From the NCBI GenBank assembly GCA_964367945.1, contig CAYIZZ010000001.1, forward strand, positions 4,222 through 64,783: DNA of 60,562 bases. The letters are read 5' to 3'. The notes beneath the pieces were generated by a model, which worked only from the letters and a program-made list of their open reading frames with translations, was not told the origin of the DNA and did not search any database. How positions within the stretch are numbered: the first letter of the stretch is position 1; each line of letters begins with the position of its first letter. Positions 45,127-55,439 of the stretch are shown here, piece by piece. The DNA comes from an uncultured Oscillospiraceae bacterium. GTDB lineage: Bacteria; Bacillota; Clostridia; Oscillospirales; Ruminococcaceae. Position numbers and translations under genes: made by a program.

Positions 45127-46071
45127 TTATATAATTTTTTTGCCTTTAAAAGCCAGTGCGGCCGCGCCTATTAAAGCGGCGTCATATCCAAGTTGAGTTT
45201 GTGAAATTTCAATATTCTTGTTTGCATTTTTGTAAATTCTTTTTTCTGTTTCTTCTTTTAACGACTTTTCAAATAAAACAAAATCGTTAGAAACACCACC
45301 GCCTATAACCACTTTTTGCGGGTTAAGAATGTTAATAGTATTTGCTATTGCTTTGCCTAGATATTTACCGGTCAATTGATATGTTTTTGTTGCGATTTCA
45401 TCGTTTGATTTTGCTAGATTTGCAATAGATAATGCCGTGGGAGGATTTTCATCGATTAAGTTTTTGCCACCAAGTTTTAAATAATTTTTTGCAATGGCGG
45501 GCCCAGCGGCATGAACTTCTAAACATCCAAAAGATCCGCATTTACATAAGTTGCCTGTTTCTTCTTCCACAACCATGTGCCCAATTTCGCCGGCATTTCC
45601 GGCAGAGCCGTAATATACATCGTTGTTTAAAAAAACTGCTCCACCGACTCCGTTTGATACAGTCATCCAAAAAAAATCAGAACATTCTTTGCAAGCGCCG
45701 TAATGTTTTTCGGCTATCGCACAAGCGTTGGTGTCGTTATCTATAAAAAACGGAATGTTGAAGTTTTCTTCGAATATTTTTGCGACAGGCCAGTTTTTAA
45801 TCCCGGAAAAACTAGCCTCGAGCCAGATGCCGCTTTTAGGATCGGCAAGTCCGGGAATGGTGGCGCCGCCTATACTTGGAACAAATTCACCGTTGTTTTC
45901 AAGTAATGCATTTGCAGCGCCGGTGATATCTGTTATCATTTGCTCTTTTGTTTGCTCTGACCATGAATGCTTTGTTTTGCATAAAACTTCACCGTTTTTA
46001 TTCACCAGGCCAACAACAAATTTGGAGCCTCCAATATCAATCGCCAATGCAATAGGATTGTTTTTATCCAA
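45127..46071 (-). CDS. ROK-family sugar kinase
   Basis: It has an N-terminal ATPase motif (LAIDIGGSKF), the ROK Cys motif (CKCGSFGCLE) and GNAGEIGH. A TTG start lies 8 nt after AAAGGAG and immediately follows the upstream stop. Confidence 0.85.
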   Translation of the reverse strand: MDKNNPIALAIDIGGSKFVVGLVNKNGEVLCKTKHSWSEQTKEQMITDITGAANALLENNGEFVPSIGGATIPGLADPKSGIWLEASFSGIKNWPVAKIFEENFNIPFFIDNDTNACAIAEKHYGACKECSDFFWMTVSNGVGGAVFLNNDVYYGSAGNAGEIGHMVVEEETGNLCKCGSFGCLEVHAAGPAIAKNYLKLGGKNLIDENPPTALSIANLAKSNDEIATKTYQLTGKYLGKAIANTINILNPQKVVIGGGVSNDFVLFEKSLKEETEKRIYKNANKNIEISQTQLGYDAALIGAAALAFKGKKII

Positions 46072-47112
46072 TTAGGTTGCTCCTTTATTGTAGTAATCTT
46101 CATACCTTTGTAGTATTTGCTTTCGTGAAGCTGTGCCGGTAGTGCCAATAACTTGAATGGTTATCGATGATGCTAAATTACCGACAAACGCGGCTTCTTC
46201 GGCGGTAGCGCCGGCGCAAAGTGTGGAAACAATGCCTGCGGTGCAAGCGTCTCCAGCACCAACGATATCTATTTCACCTGTTTGAGGGATGGTTTCAACA
46301 AGTTTTACGTTACCATCGTTTGTCATTGCAAGAACGCCCTTCTCGCCACAAGTGACAAAAACTTTTTTACTTGTCTTTTCAGATAACTTCACAGTATTTT
46401 GCTTTACTGTTTCCATATCTTGTTTTTCACCTGAGGTATCACCACAAATTTTCATTACTTCTAGGTCGTTACATTTGATAATCATATTTTCAAACTTGTT
46501 TATGAATGCACGAGAATCTGCATAAATTATCAAGTCGCTATATTTCAGCGAAATTTCCGTCAAAGCTTGCCGCACACGTGGCGTCAAAACACCATATCCT
46601 TCATCCACAAGCTGGTCTAATGCAATAATAGCCTTTACATTTTCGGCAACTTTCCATAAGCTTTCTATTACAAAATCCTCAAGTTCTGCAGGTGTTTTAC
46701 TTGTGTTTTTGAAATCCAGACGGTTTGTTTCTGTTTCTTTTCCATCTTGCCTGAACATCGGTTTTGTATATGTGGGTGTCATAACTTTGGTGCTTTTCAT
46801 AAGATAATCTGTGTTTACATTTTTACTGTTTAGGTCTTTTACAAGCTCAAAGCCTTCTCCATCGTCGCCAACAAAACCAATAGCATACAGCTCGCCTATC
46901 TCGAGTGTAGCCAAGTTTGCAAGCACTGTACCTGCGGCGCCGGCAAATATTCGTTTGCTGACAACTTGATATGCGGTAAGTCCGGTTTCAATGGATATTT
47001 CATCCAGGTCCCTGTCTACGGTCAGCCACTTATCAAGAAAAAAGTCGCCCACAACAGCAATTTTCTCACTGGGAAATTTATTCAAAATTTCTTCAAGCCT
47101 TGAAAAGTTCAT
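46072..47112 (-). CDS. PfkB-family carbohydrate kinase resembling the RfaE/HldE domain-I (heptose-7-phosphate kinase) type
   Basis: The N-terminus reads KIAVVGDFFLDKWLTVDR..ISIETGL..AGAAGTVLANLATL. The C-terminus reads DIVGAGDACTAG (PfkB anion hole). It overlaps the upstream gene by 1 nt (TAATG). Confidence 0.75.
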   Translation of the reverse strand: MNFSRLEEILNKFPSEKIAVVGDFFLDKWLTVDRDLDEISIETGLTAYQVVSKRIFAGAAGTVLANLATLEIGELYAIGFVGDDGEGFELVKDLNSKNVNTDYLMKSTKVMTPTYTKPMFRQDGKETETNRLDFKNTSKTPAELEDFVIESLWKVAENVKAIIALDQLVDEGYGVLTPRVRQALTEISLKYSDLIIYADSRAFINKFENMIIKCNDLEVMKICGDTSGEKQDMETVKQNTVKLSEKTSKKVFVTCGEKGVLAMTNDGNVKLVETIPQTGEIDIVGAGDACTAGIVSTLCAGATAEEAAFVGNLASSITIQVIGTTGTASRKQILQRYEDYYNKGAT

Positions 47113-48101
47113 TAAACTTCACCATCCGTTCTTTGCAATAGTTTTTTTGATAATGCACTTAATGTGTCGCGGTGTTTGCCTTGAACATAGTAGCCTTCGC
47201 CGCCATCGGCAACAGTTCGGGCCATGATGGTTTTCCAGGGTCTGAAATAGTATCGTGCATCTGTTTTCTTTGGCTCTTCGTTTATATCAAGTCCCTCAAG
47301 CGGCAATAAGTCAAACACAGTTGTTGTGAATTTTGTGATTTTCTCATTGTTTTGGTGTGCCACATTTCTTGCCATGGATAAAGCTTTTAGATACACCTCA
47401 GGCCCTATAACGGCAGAACCGAAGTTCAAAAACACGCCGTTTTCCAGGTTTTGAATACTTTTTGCATAGATTAAAAAGTCTGTGTAAGATGTCTGGCCTA
47501 TGGCCGCACCGTCACAATTGGGTTGTTCGTGCACAATATCACAGCCAATACCCACATGAACAGTGACAGGTACTTGGTTCTTATATCCCGCCGCAAGTAA
47601 ACTATATTTTGAAAACTTGAAATTATTATCTTCAATAAATTTGCCCGCAGACTCGCCAAAACCCAGCCCTTGTTTTGCGCCTTCAATAACAGCAGTGTTT
47701 AGCAGTCCGTCTTCTTGCCATAGGCCAAACTGACCCTCGCTGATATATTTTGCAACACTTTCGGTGGTGGCGCCTATTTCGGCAAACTCAAAATCATGTA
47801 TAGCGCCTGCTCCGTTTAAAGCAAAATGGGTTATATAGCCTTTCTCCATTAGCTTTATTAAATACGGAGCCATGCCGCTACGTAAAACATGTGCACCCAT
47901 CATCACTATAACGGCGGCGTTTTTTTCTCGGGCTTCAATTATTCTGTCGGCCAAAATATCGATTGTGGGATGAGAAAAATCACATGTGTCGTTTGACGGG
48001 TCTACCATTACGCTGATATCTAAATCGTGTATTCTGTCGCTGATAGGCAATAAGTTCAGCTTGCTTGTATCAAATTTTTCAAAAGGCAAAATAGTCTCCA
48101 A
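47112..48101 (-). CDS. Conserved hypothetical protein (329 aa), no family recognised
   Basis: It is a solid ORF inside a translationally coupled operon. Motifs such as MMGAHVLRSGMAPYLIKLMEKGYITHFALNGAGAIHDFE and VHVGIGCDIVHEQP suggest an enzyme, but I cannot name the family. Confidence 0.6.
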   Translation of the reverse strand: METILPFEKFDTSKLNLLPISDRIHDLDISVMVDPSNDTCDFSHPTIDILADRIIEAREKNAAVIVMMGAHVLRSGMAPYLIKLMEKGYITHFALNGAGAIHDFEFAEIGATTESVAKYISEGQFGLWQEDGLLNTAVIEGAKQGLGFGESAGKFIEDNNFKFSKYSLLAAGYKNQVPVTVHVGIGCDIVHEQPNCDGAAIGQTSYTDFLIYAKSIQNLENGVFLNFGSAVIGPEVYLKALSMARNVAHQNNEKITKFTTTVFDLLPLEGLDINEEPKKTDARYYFRPWKTIMARTVADGGEGYYVQGKHRDTLSALSKKLLQRTDGEV

Positions 48102-48147
48102 TCTGCCACTAAATAAATCATGTATTTGTGTGTGGCGCTTTATTTTT

Positions 48148-48978
48148 TTAGAATAAGTAGTCCATCAGTTCTTGAGTATTTGTAAAGTCGGGTATAATAA
48201 TATCCGCGCCGGAAGAAGTGAGCCTGTCTACCTTCCACTCATCAAATCCCCATCGGTTTTGCTCGTCAGTAGCAACACCACAGGCGAACCCATCAACAGA
48301 TTTGAGATTTTCTATTTCAACATATCCATCGCCGAAACCTAATAACTCACTTCCGCTTAAATTGTTATCTTTTATAATTTTATCTATTATCATCTTTTTT
48401 GAAAAAGTCTTATAATCTGTTTGCGCACCGTATATATGGTTCTTGAAATATTTTGTAACACCCAGAAGTTCTGCTTCTTGCTTCACATACACCTCGTCTG
48501 TGCCACTTGCAAGATACATTGTCACACCTTGTTCTTTGAGCGCATCAAGAAGCTCAATCGAGCCGGGCACCACGTGATCTTTGATATTTTCGCTACCACT
48601 TTCCAGACCTTTTATTCTATTTTTGATTTTTTCCGTTAGCCTTGCGTGATATTCATCTTTATAGTCTTGTGCTTCTAGCGGTGTTCCGCCAAGCTTTTCA
48701 ATTTCCTTTTGAAGCTGAAAGCATTGGTAAATTGTTTGCTTTCCGGTGTTCAAAAAAATAAAATCGGTTGCGAGTTTTTTTAGCTCTTTTTTTTCGATAT
48801 CTTTTCCTTTAGGTGTGTTTTGAAGCTCATCCGTAAAATAAGGTATCATTATTTTTTGCCAGCCCTCACGTATAAGGCTGATTGTACCATCAAAATCAAA
48901 TATAACATGCTTAAATTCGCCGGTTTTTGCATCTTTATTGGTTTTTATAATTTCCCACTTGAAATCTTCTTGCTTCAT
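48148..48978 (-). CDS. HAD-superfamily hydrolase/phosphatase
   Basis: Motif I is VIFDFDGTISLIREGW. Motif IV is GFGDGYVE. It is the first gene of the minus-strand operon. Confidence 0.8.
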   Translation of the reverse strand: MKQEDFKWEIIKTNKDAKTGEFKHVIFDFDGTISLIREGWQKIMIPYFTDELQNTPKGKDIEKKELKKLATDFIFLNTGKQTIYQCFQLQKEIEKLGGTPLEAQDYKDEYHARLTEKIKNRIKGLESGSENIKDHVVPGSIELLDALKEQGVTMYLASGTDEVYVKQEAELLGVTKYFKNHIYGAQTDYKTFSKKMIIDKIIKDNNLSGSELLGFGDGYVEIENLKSVDGFACGVATDEQNRWGFDEWKVDRLTSSGADIIIPDFTNTQELMDYLF

Positions 48979-49111
48979 TCGGTTACTCCTTATAGTTTGT
49001 GTTTGACAAATATACTGTTTTTAGTCATAATGTATTATAATACAATGAAATCAAAATTGCAAACTTTTTTCTAATTAAGAAATAAGTTTTTTGTTTTTAA
49101 TAAGGAGTGCT

Positions 49112-50281
49112 ATGGCTTCTCTTAGTTTAGTGAAAAAACAAAATACAGTGCGTATATTAAAAGCAATGCGGCTCAACCCCAAGTGCACAAAGCCGCTTTT
49201 ACAACAAAAGTGTGAGCTTACAGCTTCCACCGTACATGGCATAATCAGCCAGCTTGAAGAGAAAAAGGTTATACAATGTTACGGAAATTCCCATTCAAAT
49301 GGTGGAAGAAAGGCGTCAATATATAGAATAAATCCTGAATATAAATATATAATTAGTGTTTGCGTTAGAATGCATGTTATTAAAATTGAAATTTTGGACT
49401 TTAATTTTAAAATCATTCAGCAGAATACTGTCAATAATAATTTGAAAACACAATCAGTGGACTCAACAATAAAGAAAATAGTTAAACATTGTAATACTGC
49501 AATAAAAAAGTGTGAGGATTTGGGCAAAAATATATCAGGGGTAGGTGTGACAATTCCCGGCCCTGTTGACAGTGAAAAAGGTGTCGTTTTAAGTATTCCC
49601 GGGACAACGCAATGGGTTAATATTGACCTAAAAAAACACCTAGCCAGTAACATCGATGCTAATATCACTGTGGAAAAAGACTTGAATGCAGGGATGAAAT
49701 ATTTACTATATCATAGTGGGTTCGCGAAAAACAAGTCCACGGTATGCTTATCTGTGTGTGACGGTATTGCAGCTGGGATATTGATAGGAAACAGCATTTA
49801 TGCGGGGGTACACTCGTTAGCAGGAGAACTTGGCCACATATCAATGCCTTACGAGGGAAGGAAATGCCACTGCGGAAACACTGACTGCCTAGAGTTATAT
49901 GCTTCAGATGTAGGTGTTTTAAACTTATACAACGAAAAGCAAGCGCCTGAAAATAAACTTGATAATATCTTGCAGCTAATAGCAAAAGCACAAAGCGGTG
50001 ACGCAGTTGCAAATGAAATTTTTCGCAATGCAACTAAATTTTTAACACAAGCTATTTTCAATATTATTTTAACGTATGATCCTAATGAAATCTTAATTAG
50101 TTGTAGCTGGATATATTTGTTTGACACTATTTTTTTCGAGCAACTGGATAATCACGTGAAAAATAGTGTGTTTTCTGCTTACGGAGATATAAATATAAAC
50201 ATCATTAACATTGACAATTTTTACACGCTTGGCTCGGGCGCAATGGTGGCATTTAAAGAACTTGATTTTTCACTTGTATAA
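49112..50281 (+). CDS. ROK-family transcriptional regulator (N-terminal wHTH plus ROK sensor domain)
   Basis: The ATG at 49112 lies 4 nt after AAGGAG. It has a wHTH (NTVRILKAMRLNPKCTKPLLQQKCELTASTVHGIISQLEEKKVI) and ROK motifs (GELGH, CHCGNTDCLE). It is divergent from the sugar-phosphate operon. Confidence 0.85.
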   Translation: MASLSLVKKQNTVRILKAMRLNPKCTKPLLQQKCELTASTVHGIISQLEEKKVIQCYGNSHSNGGRKASIYRINPEYKYIISVCVRMHVIKIEILDFNFKIIQQNTVNNNLKTQSVDSTIKKIVKHCNTAIKKCEDLGKNISGVGVTIPGPVDSEKGVVLSIPGTTQWVNIDLKKHLASNIDANITVEKDLNAGMKYLLYHSGFAKNKSTVCLSVCDGIAAGILIGNSIYAGVHSLAGELGHISMPYEGRKCHCGNTDCLELYASDVGVLNLYNEKQAPENKLDNILQLIAKAQSGDAVANEIFRNATKFLTQAIFNIILTYDPNEILISCSWIYLFDTIFFEQLDNHVKNSVFSAYGDININIINIDNFYTLGSGAMVAFKELDFSLV

Positions 50282-50333
50282 TTAGCACAAACATATGATT
50301 CAAAAATATATTAATAATACGAGAGGTATTTAT

Positions 50334-51362
50334 ATGGCAAACAGTAAATGTGTAGGACAGATAGACGGCAAAGACATTCATTTGGTTACGTTGTGTGATG
50401 GGCATGGCTCGCAAGTAGAGCTGCTTTCATTTGGTGCGCTGATATACTCACTTTCAGTGCCTGACAAAAACGGTAAGCTGCTGGATGTGTGTTTGGGATA
50501 TGAGGATATAGAAAGCTACAAGCAAAATGACCCTTCTTTTGGAATCAGCGTAGGACGGTGTGCAGGACGTATTAAAAACGCAGAATTTTCCTTGCACGAT
50601 AAAGTGTGGACACTTTCAAAAAGCGATGGGCCAAACCATATTCACGGTGGTTTTTTGGGCTTTGGCAGAAGGGTGTGGGATGTGTCTGTACAAGATGAAA
50701 CGGTCACGTTTTCCATTAATTCACCACATGGAGAAGAGGGATATCCCGGCACGGTAAAGGCGTCGGTGTCGTATCGGTTTTCAGCGCCGGGCTGTCTGGA
50801 AATAAGCTATGAGGCGAAAACAGACATGGCAACGCCGATAAGTTTGACTAATCACAGCTATTTCAATCTTTGTGGTCATGACAGCGGAAAAATAAACGAG
50901 CAGTATGTGTCTGTGTGTGCCGACAGCTACACCAAAAGTGATGCAGAAAACATCACAACAGGCGAAATTTCCGCAGTGGAAGGTACACCATTAGACTTAC
51001 GCAAAGCGAAAAAACTCGGGCCAATGCTTGCGCATGAAGATTTGCAATCAACAAAAGGCATTGACCACAACTTTGTAATTTCAGAAAAAGAAGATAAGCC
51101 AATTGCCGGCCTATATAGCGAAATAAGCGGAATTTGCTTAGAAGTGTACACAAGCATGCCGGGCGTACAAGTGTACACAGCAGGATTCTTAAATACCACA
51201 GGCGGAAAAGGTGGTGCTTGCTATGGCATGCATGATGGCATTTGCTTTGAGACACAACACTATCCAAACGCCGTAAATCACCCACATTTTCCGTCGCCTA
51301 TACTACAGCCAAAAGATGTGTATTCGCACAAAACGTCATTTTGCTTTTCTGTAAAAGATTAA
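50334..51362 (+). CDS. Aldose 1-epimerase (mutarotase)
   Basis: It reads NHIHGG..GF..RVWDV, TNHSYFNL and ICFETQHYPNA. The ATG at 50334 follows GAGAGG. Confidence 0.85.
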   Translation: MANSKCVGQIDGKDIHLVTLCDGHGSQVELLSFGALIYSLSVPDKNGKLLDVCLGYEDIESYKQNDPSFGISVGRCAGRIKNAEFSLHDKVWTLSKSDGPNHIHGGFLGFGRRVWDVSVQDETVTFSINSPHGEEGYPGTVKASVSYRFSAPGCLEISYEAKTDMATPISLTNHSYFNLCGHDSGKINEQYVSVCADSYTKSDAENITTGEISAVEGTPLDLRKAKKLGPMLAHEDLQSTKGIDHNFVISEKEDKPIAGLYSEISGICLEVYTSMPGVQVYTAGFLNTTGGKGGACYGMHDGICFETQHYPNAVNHPHFPSPILQPKDVYSHKTSFCFSVKD

Positions 51363-51400
51363 AAGAGAGCTTCAAATAAGTACATTAGCCATAGATTTTT

Positions 51401-51432
51401 CAGGTTGCTGCCAAAGCAACCTGTTTTTATTT
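51401..51432 (+). terminator. Rho-independent terminator
   Basis: The stem pairs caggttgct with agcaacctg around a 5-nt loop. TTTTTATTT follows. Confidence 0.85.
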
Positions 51433-51591
51433 GTACGTATATGTATTTTGGGGTCGATTTTTACATGAACAAAATAATACATAATTTATACATAATGTTT
51501 GTGCATGTTGCATATTGAAAAGGATTACAGCATTTGCTAAACTATTAATCACCGACACTGAAAAGGATTACATAGCAAAAGGATTATATAA

Positions 51592-52602
51592 ATGGCGAAT
51601 ATTGAAGACGTAGCTAGAAAGGCAAATGTATCGGTCGCTACAGTATCAAGAGTGATGAATGGTAGCACATTGGTGGCAGAAGCTACGTCGATAAGAGTTA
51701 AGAAAGCGGTTCAAGAATTATCTTACGTACCAAACCAGCAAGCACGAAACCTGAGAAAAAATGTAAGCAGGACGATACTGGTATTACTACCGAATATAAC
51801 AAACCCTTATTATGCAAATGTTTTTTCGGGTATAAATGATAAGGCGCAAAAACTGGGATATAGTTTATATCTTTGCAGTACTGAAAACAGGGATGCGGAA
51901 GAGCTGATAAGTGACGCCATAGAAAACAGAAAAGCCGACGGGGCGATTTTGCTGTTTATAGGCTATGACGAGGATTGGCTACAAAAATACAGTCCGAACT
52001 TTCCTGTGGTGCAGTGTTGCGAATATTCAAAAGTCGAGGGTATTCCACGTGTTTCGGTAGACAACTACAAAGCAGGCAAAGAAGTAACAGAGTATTTTAT
52101 AACACTTGGTTACAGCAAAATAGGTATGATTTCAGCGAAAAACACGGCTGTTTCTACTATTCAGCGTATGAAGGGGTATAAAGAGGCGCTTGAAAGCAAC
52201 GGAATTGAGTTTAATGAAGACTATGTTGCTTATGCCGATGGTGATTACGACTATATAAGCAGTGTGACTGCAGCAAAGAAAGTGTTGATGAAAAAAGATA
52301 GGCCGGATGCATTGTTTTGCATAGGAGACTCTGTTGCGATGGCTGCGGTTGTTGCCGCTTCAGAGATAGGGCTATCTGTTCCGGACGATGTTTCTATAAT
52401 AGGGTTTGACGATATTGTTTACACAAAAATGATTCACCCGTATTTAACAACTGTTGTGCAGCCTTGCCGGAATTTGGGCAAGCGCTCAACAGAAATATTG
52501 GATAAGTTAATTAAAGGGGAAAAGCTAAAAAACGAGGCTGTTACACTACCTCATGGATTTGTAGTAAGGGAGTCCACGCGTCCTTACGAAAATAATAAAT
52601 GA
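51592..52602 (+). CDS. LacI-family transcriptional regulator
   Basis: The N-terminal HTH reads MANIEDVARKANVSVATVSRVMNGS. The C-terminus is a periplasmic-binding-protein-like sensor fold. Confidence 0.95.
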   Translation: MANIEDVARKANVSVATVSRVMNGSTLVAEATSIRVKKAVQELSYVPNQQARNLRKNVSRTILVLLPNITNPYYANVFSGINDKAQKLGYSLYLCSTENRDAEELISDAIENRKADGAILLFIGYDEDWLQKYSPNFPVVQCCEYSKVEGIPRVSVDNYKAGKEVTEYFITLGYSKIGMISAKNTAVSTIQRMKGYKEALESNGIEFNEDYVAYADGDYDYISSVTAAKKVLMKKDRPDALFCIGDSVAMAAVVAASEIGLSVPDDVSIIGFDDIVYTKMIHPYLTTVVQPCRNLGKRSTEILDKLIKGEKLKNEAVTLPHGFVVRESTRPYENNK

Positions 52603-52651
52603 TTTTTCAGCTAAAATGGCTGTAAAAATAAAAAAATTAGGAGAAGAAGAA

Positions 52652-53779
52652 ATGAAAAAGTATTTAGCACTTGTACTGGCACTTGTACTATTGGTTACAC
52701 TTTTGGCTGCCTGTGGTGGCAGCGAAGCTGAAGCACCTGCTGAGTCTGCAGCACCTGCATCATCCGCTGCACCTGCTGCTTCCGAGGCTGAAGAAGAGAC
52801 CGAAATGTCCGGCAGCTATAAAGTTGCATTAGTTGTACTTTCGGGTACACATGGTTTCACAGGCGAGTCCCTAAGACATGCTGAAATGCAAGCCGATGCC
52901 ATCATGGAAGAATACGACAATGTAGAAGTTGTTGTAAAGAATGCTGGCGAAGCTGCAGGCCAAATCACTGAGATTGAAAACCTAATTGCAGGTGGCGATC
53001 TTGATGCTATCATGTTGTGGCCTACAGAAGGCGAAGCATTGCGCTCTGCTGCACAAACAATTGTTGACGCAGGCATCCAACTGGTTGTTTATGATCGTTT
53101 GATCGAAGACTTTGATGGTCTTACCGGCCAAATGATGGGCGACAACGTTGCTATCGGTGAAGAGATGGGCGTTTATCTGAACGAGTACTTTGCAGATGCT
53201 GAAGAAGTAAACTACCTTCGTTTTGTGGGCGATAGCTCAACAGTTACCGGCCAACGTTCAGGCGGTATGGACGAAGTGATTGACGCAAAATTCATGCAAG
53301 AAAACGAAACTTTCGTTACCGACTGGTCATCTGAAAAAGCTCAAGAGCAAATGGAAGACTGGCTGAATGCTCAACCCAACGAAACCATCGAAGCTTTAGA
53401 CTTGATCGTTACACACGACGATGAAATCGTAGATGGCTTGATGAATGCACTTGATGCATATGCAGGCACTGCTGAACTAAACATTCAATTGATAACTTCA
53501 GTAGGCGGCCGTGAAAACACCATGGAAAAATTTGAAAACACCGAATTGGATGTTAAATTTGTAACATGGTTCTTCGCACCTTCCTTCATCCGTGAGTGCG
53601 TAGACTTTACAGTTGAAAGCGCAATGGGCGTTCCTTTCAGCGGAACAGCTGTTGAAGAAGACGGCATCTACCTGATTCCTTCTTTCTCCATCAGTAACGC
53701 AGGCGGCTCTGACTATGACTTTGATGCATACAGAGCAAGCGAAGCATATGAAGTTAGATACTCTATTGGCGACTTCTAA
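52652..53779 (+). CDS. Sugar ABC transporter substrate-binding lipoprotein (PBP type I, ribose/monosaccharide class)
   Basis: The ATG at 52652 follows AGGAG. The lipobox is LLAACGG. A low-complexity Ala/Ser/Glu linker is followed by the binding domain. Confidence 0.8.
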   Translation: MKKYLALVLALVLLVTLLAACGGSEAEAPAESAAPASSAAPAASEAEEETEMSGSYKVALVVLSGTHGFTGESLRHAEMQADAIMEEYDNVEVVVKNAGEAAGQITEIENLIAGGDLDAIMLWPTEGEALRSAAQTIVDAGIQLVVYDRLIEDFDGLTGQMMGDNVAIGEEMGVYLNEYFADAEEVNYLRFVGDSSTVTGQRSGGMDEVIDAKFMQENETFVTDWSSEKAQEQMEDWLNAQPNETIEALDLIVTHDDEIVDGLMNALDAYAGTAELNIQLITSVGGRENTMEKFENTELDVKFVTWFFAPSFIRECVDFTVESAMGVPFSGTAVEEDGIYLIPSFSISNAGGSDYDFDAYRASEAYEVRYSIGDF

Positions 53780-53806
53780 TATGTAGTTTTAAAGTTTTAC
53801 ATTGTA

Positions 53807-53847
53807 CAGACAGGGTCGGTAGATTGTCGCCGACCCTGTCTGATTTT
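53807..53847 (+). terminator. Strong stem-loop after the binding-protein gene (intra-operon terminator/attenuator)
   Basis: A perfect 13-bp stem pairs cagacagggtcgg with ccgaccctgtctg. ATTTT follows. Confidence 0.75.
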
Positions 53848-53933
53848 AAAAAACATTCAGATTAACCTAGAACAAATAGTAGACCATAAACGTAAAAGAT
53901 AAATAGCAAGTGATATGAAAGGAATCCACTGTC

Positions 53934-55433
53934 ATGCGCTTAGAGATGAAAAACATTGTGATGGAATTCGGCCCGGTTAGGGCGGTAGATAATGTTGATT
54001 TAACCATAAACCCCGGAGAAATAGTTGGGTTATTGGGTGAAAATGGAGCGGGAAAATCCACCCTTATGAATGTATTGGCCGGCGTTTACACACCCGTTTC
54101 CGGTAAGATTATAATTGACGGCAAGGAAGTTTCTATGCGCGGTGTTCGCACGGCAAGCCGAAATGGAATTCGCTTTATACATCAGGAATTGAACCTATGT
54201 AACGACTTGAAAGTTTTTGAAAATATGTTTTTAGGCGAAGAGATTTTGTCTGGAAAAACATTTTTAAATAAAGCTACTATGATTAATAAATGTGCAGAAG
54301 TTTTTGCCCGAATGAAAGTGGATATCGATCCTCTTAAAACAGTGAATGAGCTGCCTGCTGCTGAAAAACAACTTGTTGAAATAGGCAAAGCATTGTTGTT
54401 TCATTCCGAGCTGATTATTATGGACGAGCCGTCTACTTCGCTTTCAACTTCTGAAGTTGAAAATCTTTTTGAAATAATGCGCAATCTCAAAAAAGAGAAT
54501 GTTAGCTTTATTTATATTTCGCATAAAATGCCCGAGCTTTTTGAAATATGTGATATTTATTATGTTCTTTGTGACGGAAAGCTTGTTTCAAACGGAAAAT
54601 TCGCAGATGTTGGAGAAGACGAAATAACTGAAATGATGATTGGTCATAATCTTCAATCAGATGAGTTTGAAAATCACACTTACCACGCCACAGACGAGGT
54701 TTTTTTATCTGTAGAAAACCTGAAATGTGGTGAGTTGCAAGATTTGTCTTTTGATCTACATAAAGGAGAAATACTTGCAGTAACCGGTTTGCAAGGCTCA
54801 GGACGAGACGCCTTGGCAGATGCGCTATTTGGAGTAGAAGCATTTTCCGGCAAAATCACTATTAAAGGAACAAAGATGCCAAATACCGCAGGCGACAGCG
54901 CTGTTAGATTTTTCATGAAGCGCGGTGTTGGAATGGTTCCAAGGATGCGTCCGGAGCGAGGAATACATAACGACTTATCGGTTCAAGATAACTTGTCTAT
55001 GGGCTACTTAAACGCCAAGATGAAAAAACTATTTATAAGCTCAAAAGAAGAAAAAGAACGGTTTTTAAGGCAACAAAAAGCTATGAGTATTAAGGTTTCA
55101 GATATGCGAAACTTAATCACTTCACTTTCCGGTGGTAACCAGCAAAAGGTTATTTTAGGCAAGTGGCTGGAAACCGATGCAGATGTGCTTTTACTGGATA
55201 ATCCCACACAGGGTATTGATGTGGGTACAAAATTTGAGATATATCATTTGATTTTAAGGCTGGCTAAGGCCGGTAAAGCAATAATTATATTCAGCCCGGA
55301 ATACCAGGAAATTCGTAAAGTTGCAGACTCTTGCATTGTTCTTTATAAAGGGGAATGTAGCGCACGATTAGACAGAGAAAATCTTACTGAGAAAAATGTG
55401 ATGTATTATTCTACCGGAGCAAACTTGGGGTGA
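53934..55433 (+). CDS. Sugar ABC transporter ATP-binding protein (duplicated ATPase, RbsA/MglA type)
   Basis: The first Walker A is GENGAGKST. Two ABC domains sit in one 499-aa chain, with signature-like LSGGNQQK in the second half. Confidence 0.9.
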   Translation: MRLEMKNIVMEFGPVRAVDNVDLTINPGEIVGLLGENGAGKSTLMNVLAGVYTPVSGKIIIDGKEVSMRGVRTASRNGIRFIHQELNLCNDLKVFENMFLGEEILSGKTFLNKATMINKCAEVFARMKVDIDPLKTVNELPAAEKQLVEIGKALLFHSELIIMDEPSTSLSTSEVENLFEIMRNLKKENVSFIYISHKMPELFEICDIYYVLCDGKLVSNGKFADVGEDEITEMMIGHNLQSDEFENHTYHATDEVFLSVENLKCGELQDLSFDLHKGEILAVTGLQGSGRDALADALFGVEAFSGKITIKGTKMPNTAGDSAVRFFMKRGVGMVPRMRPERGIHNDLSVQDNLSMGYLNAKMKKLFISSKEEKERFLRQQKAMSIKVSDMRNLITSLSGGNQQKVILGKWLETDADVLLLDNPTQGIDVGTKFEIYHLILRLAKAGKAIIIFSPEYQEIRKVADSCIVLYKGECSARLDRENLTEKNVMYYSTGANLG

Positions 55434-55439
55434 TTAAAA

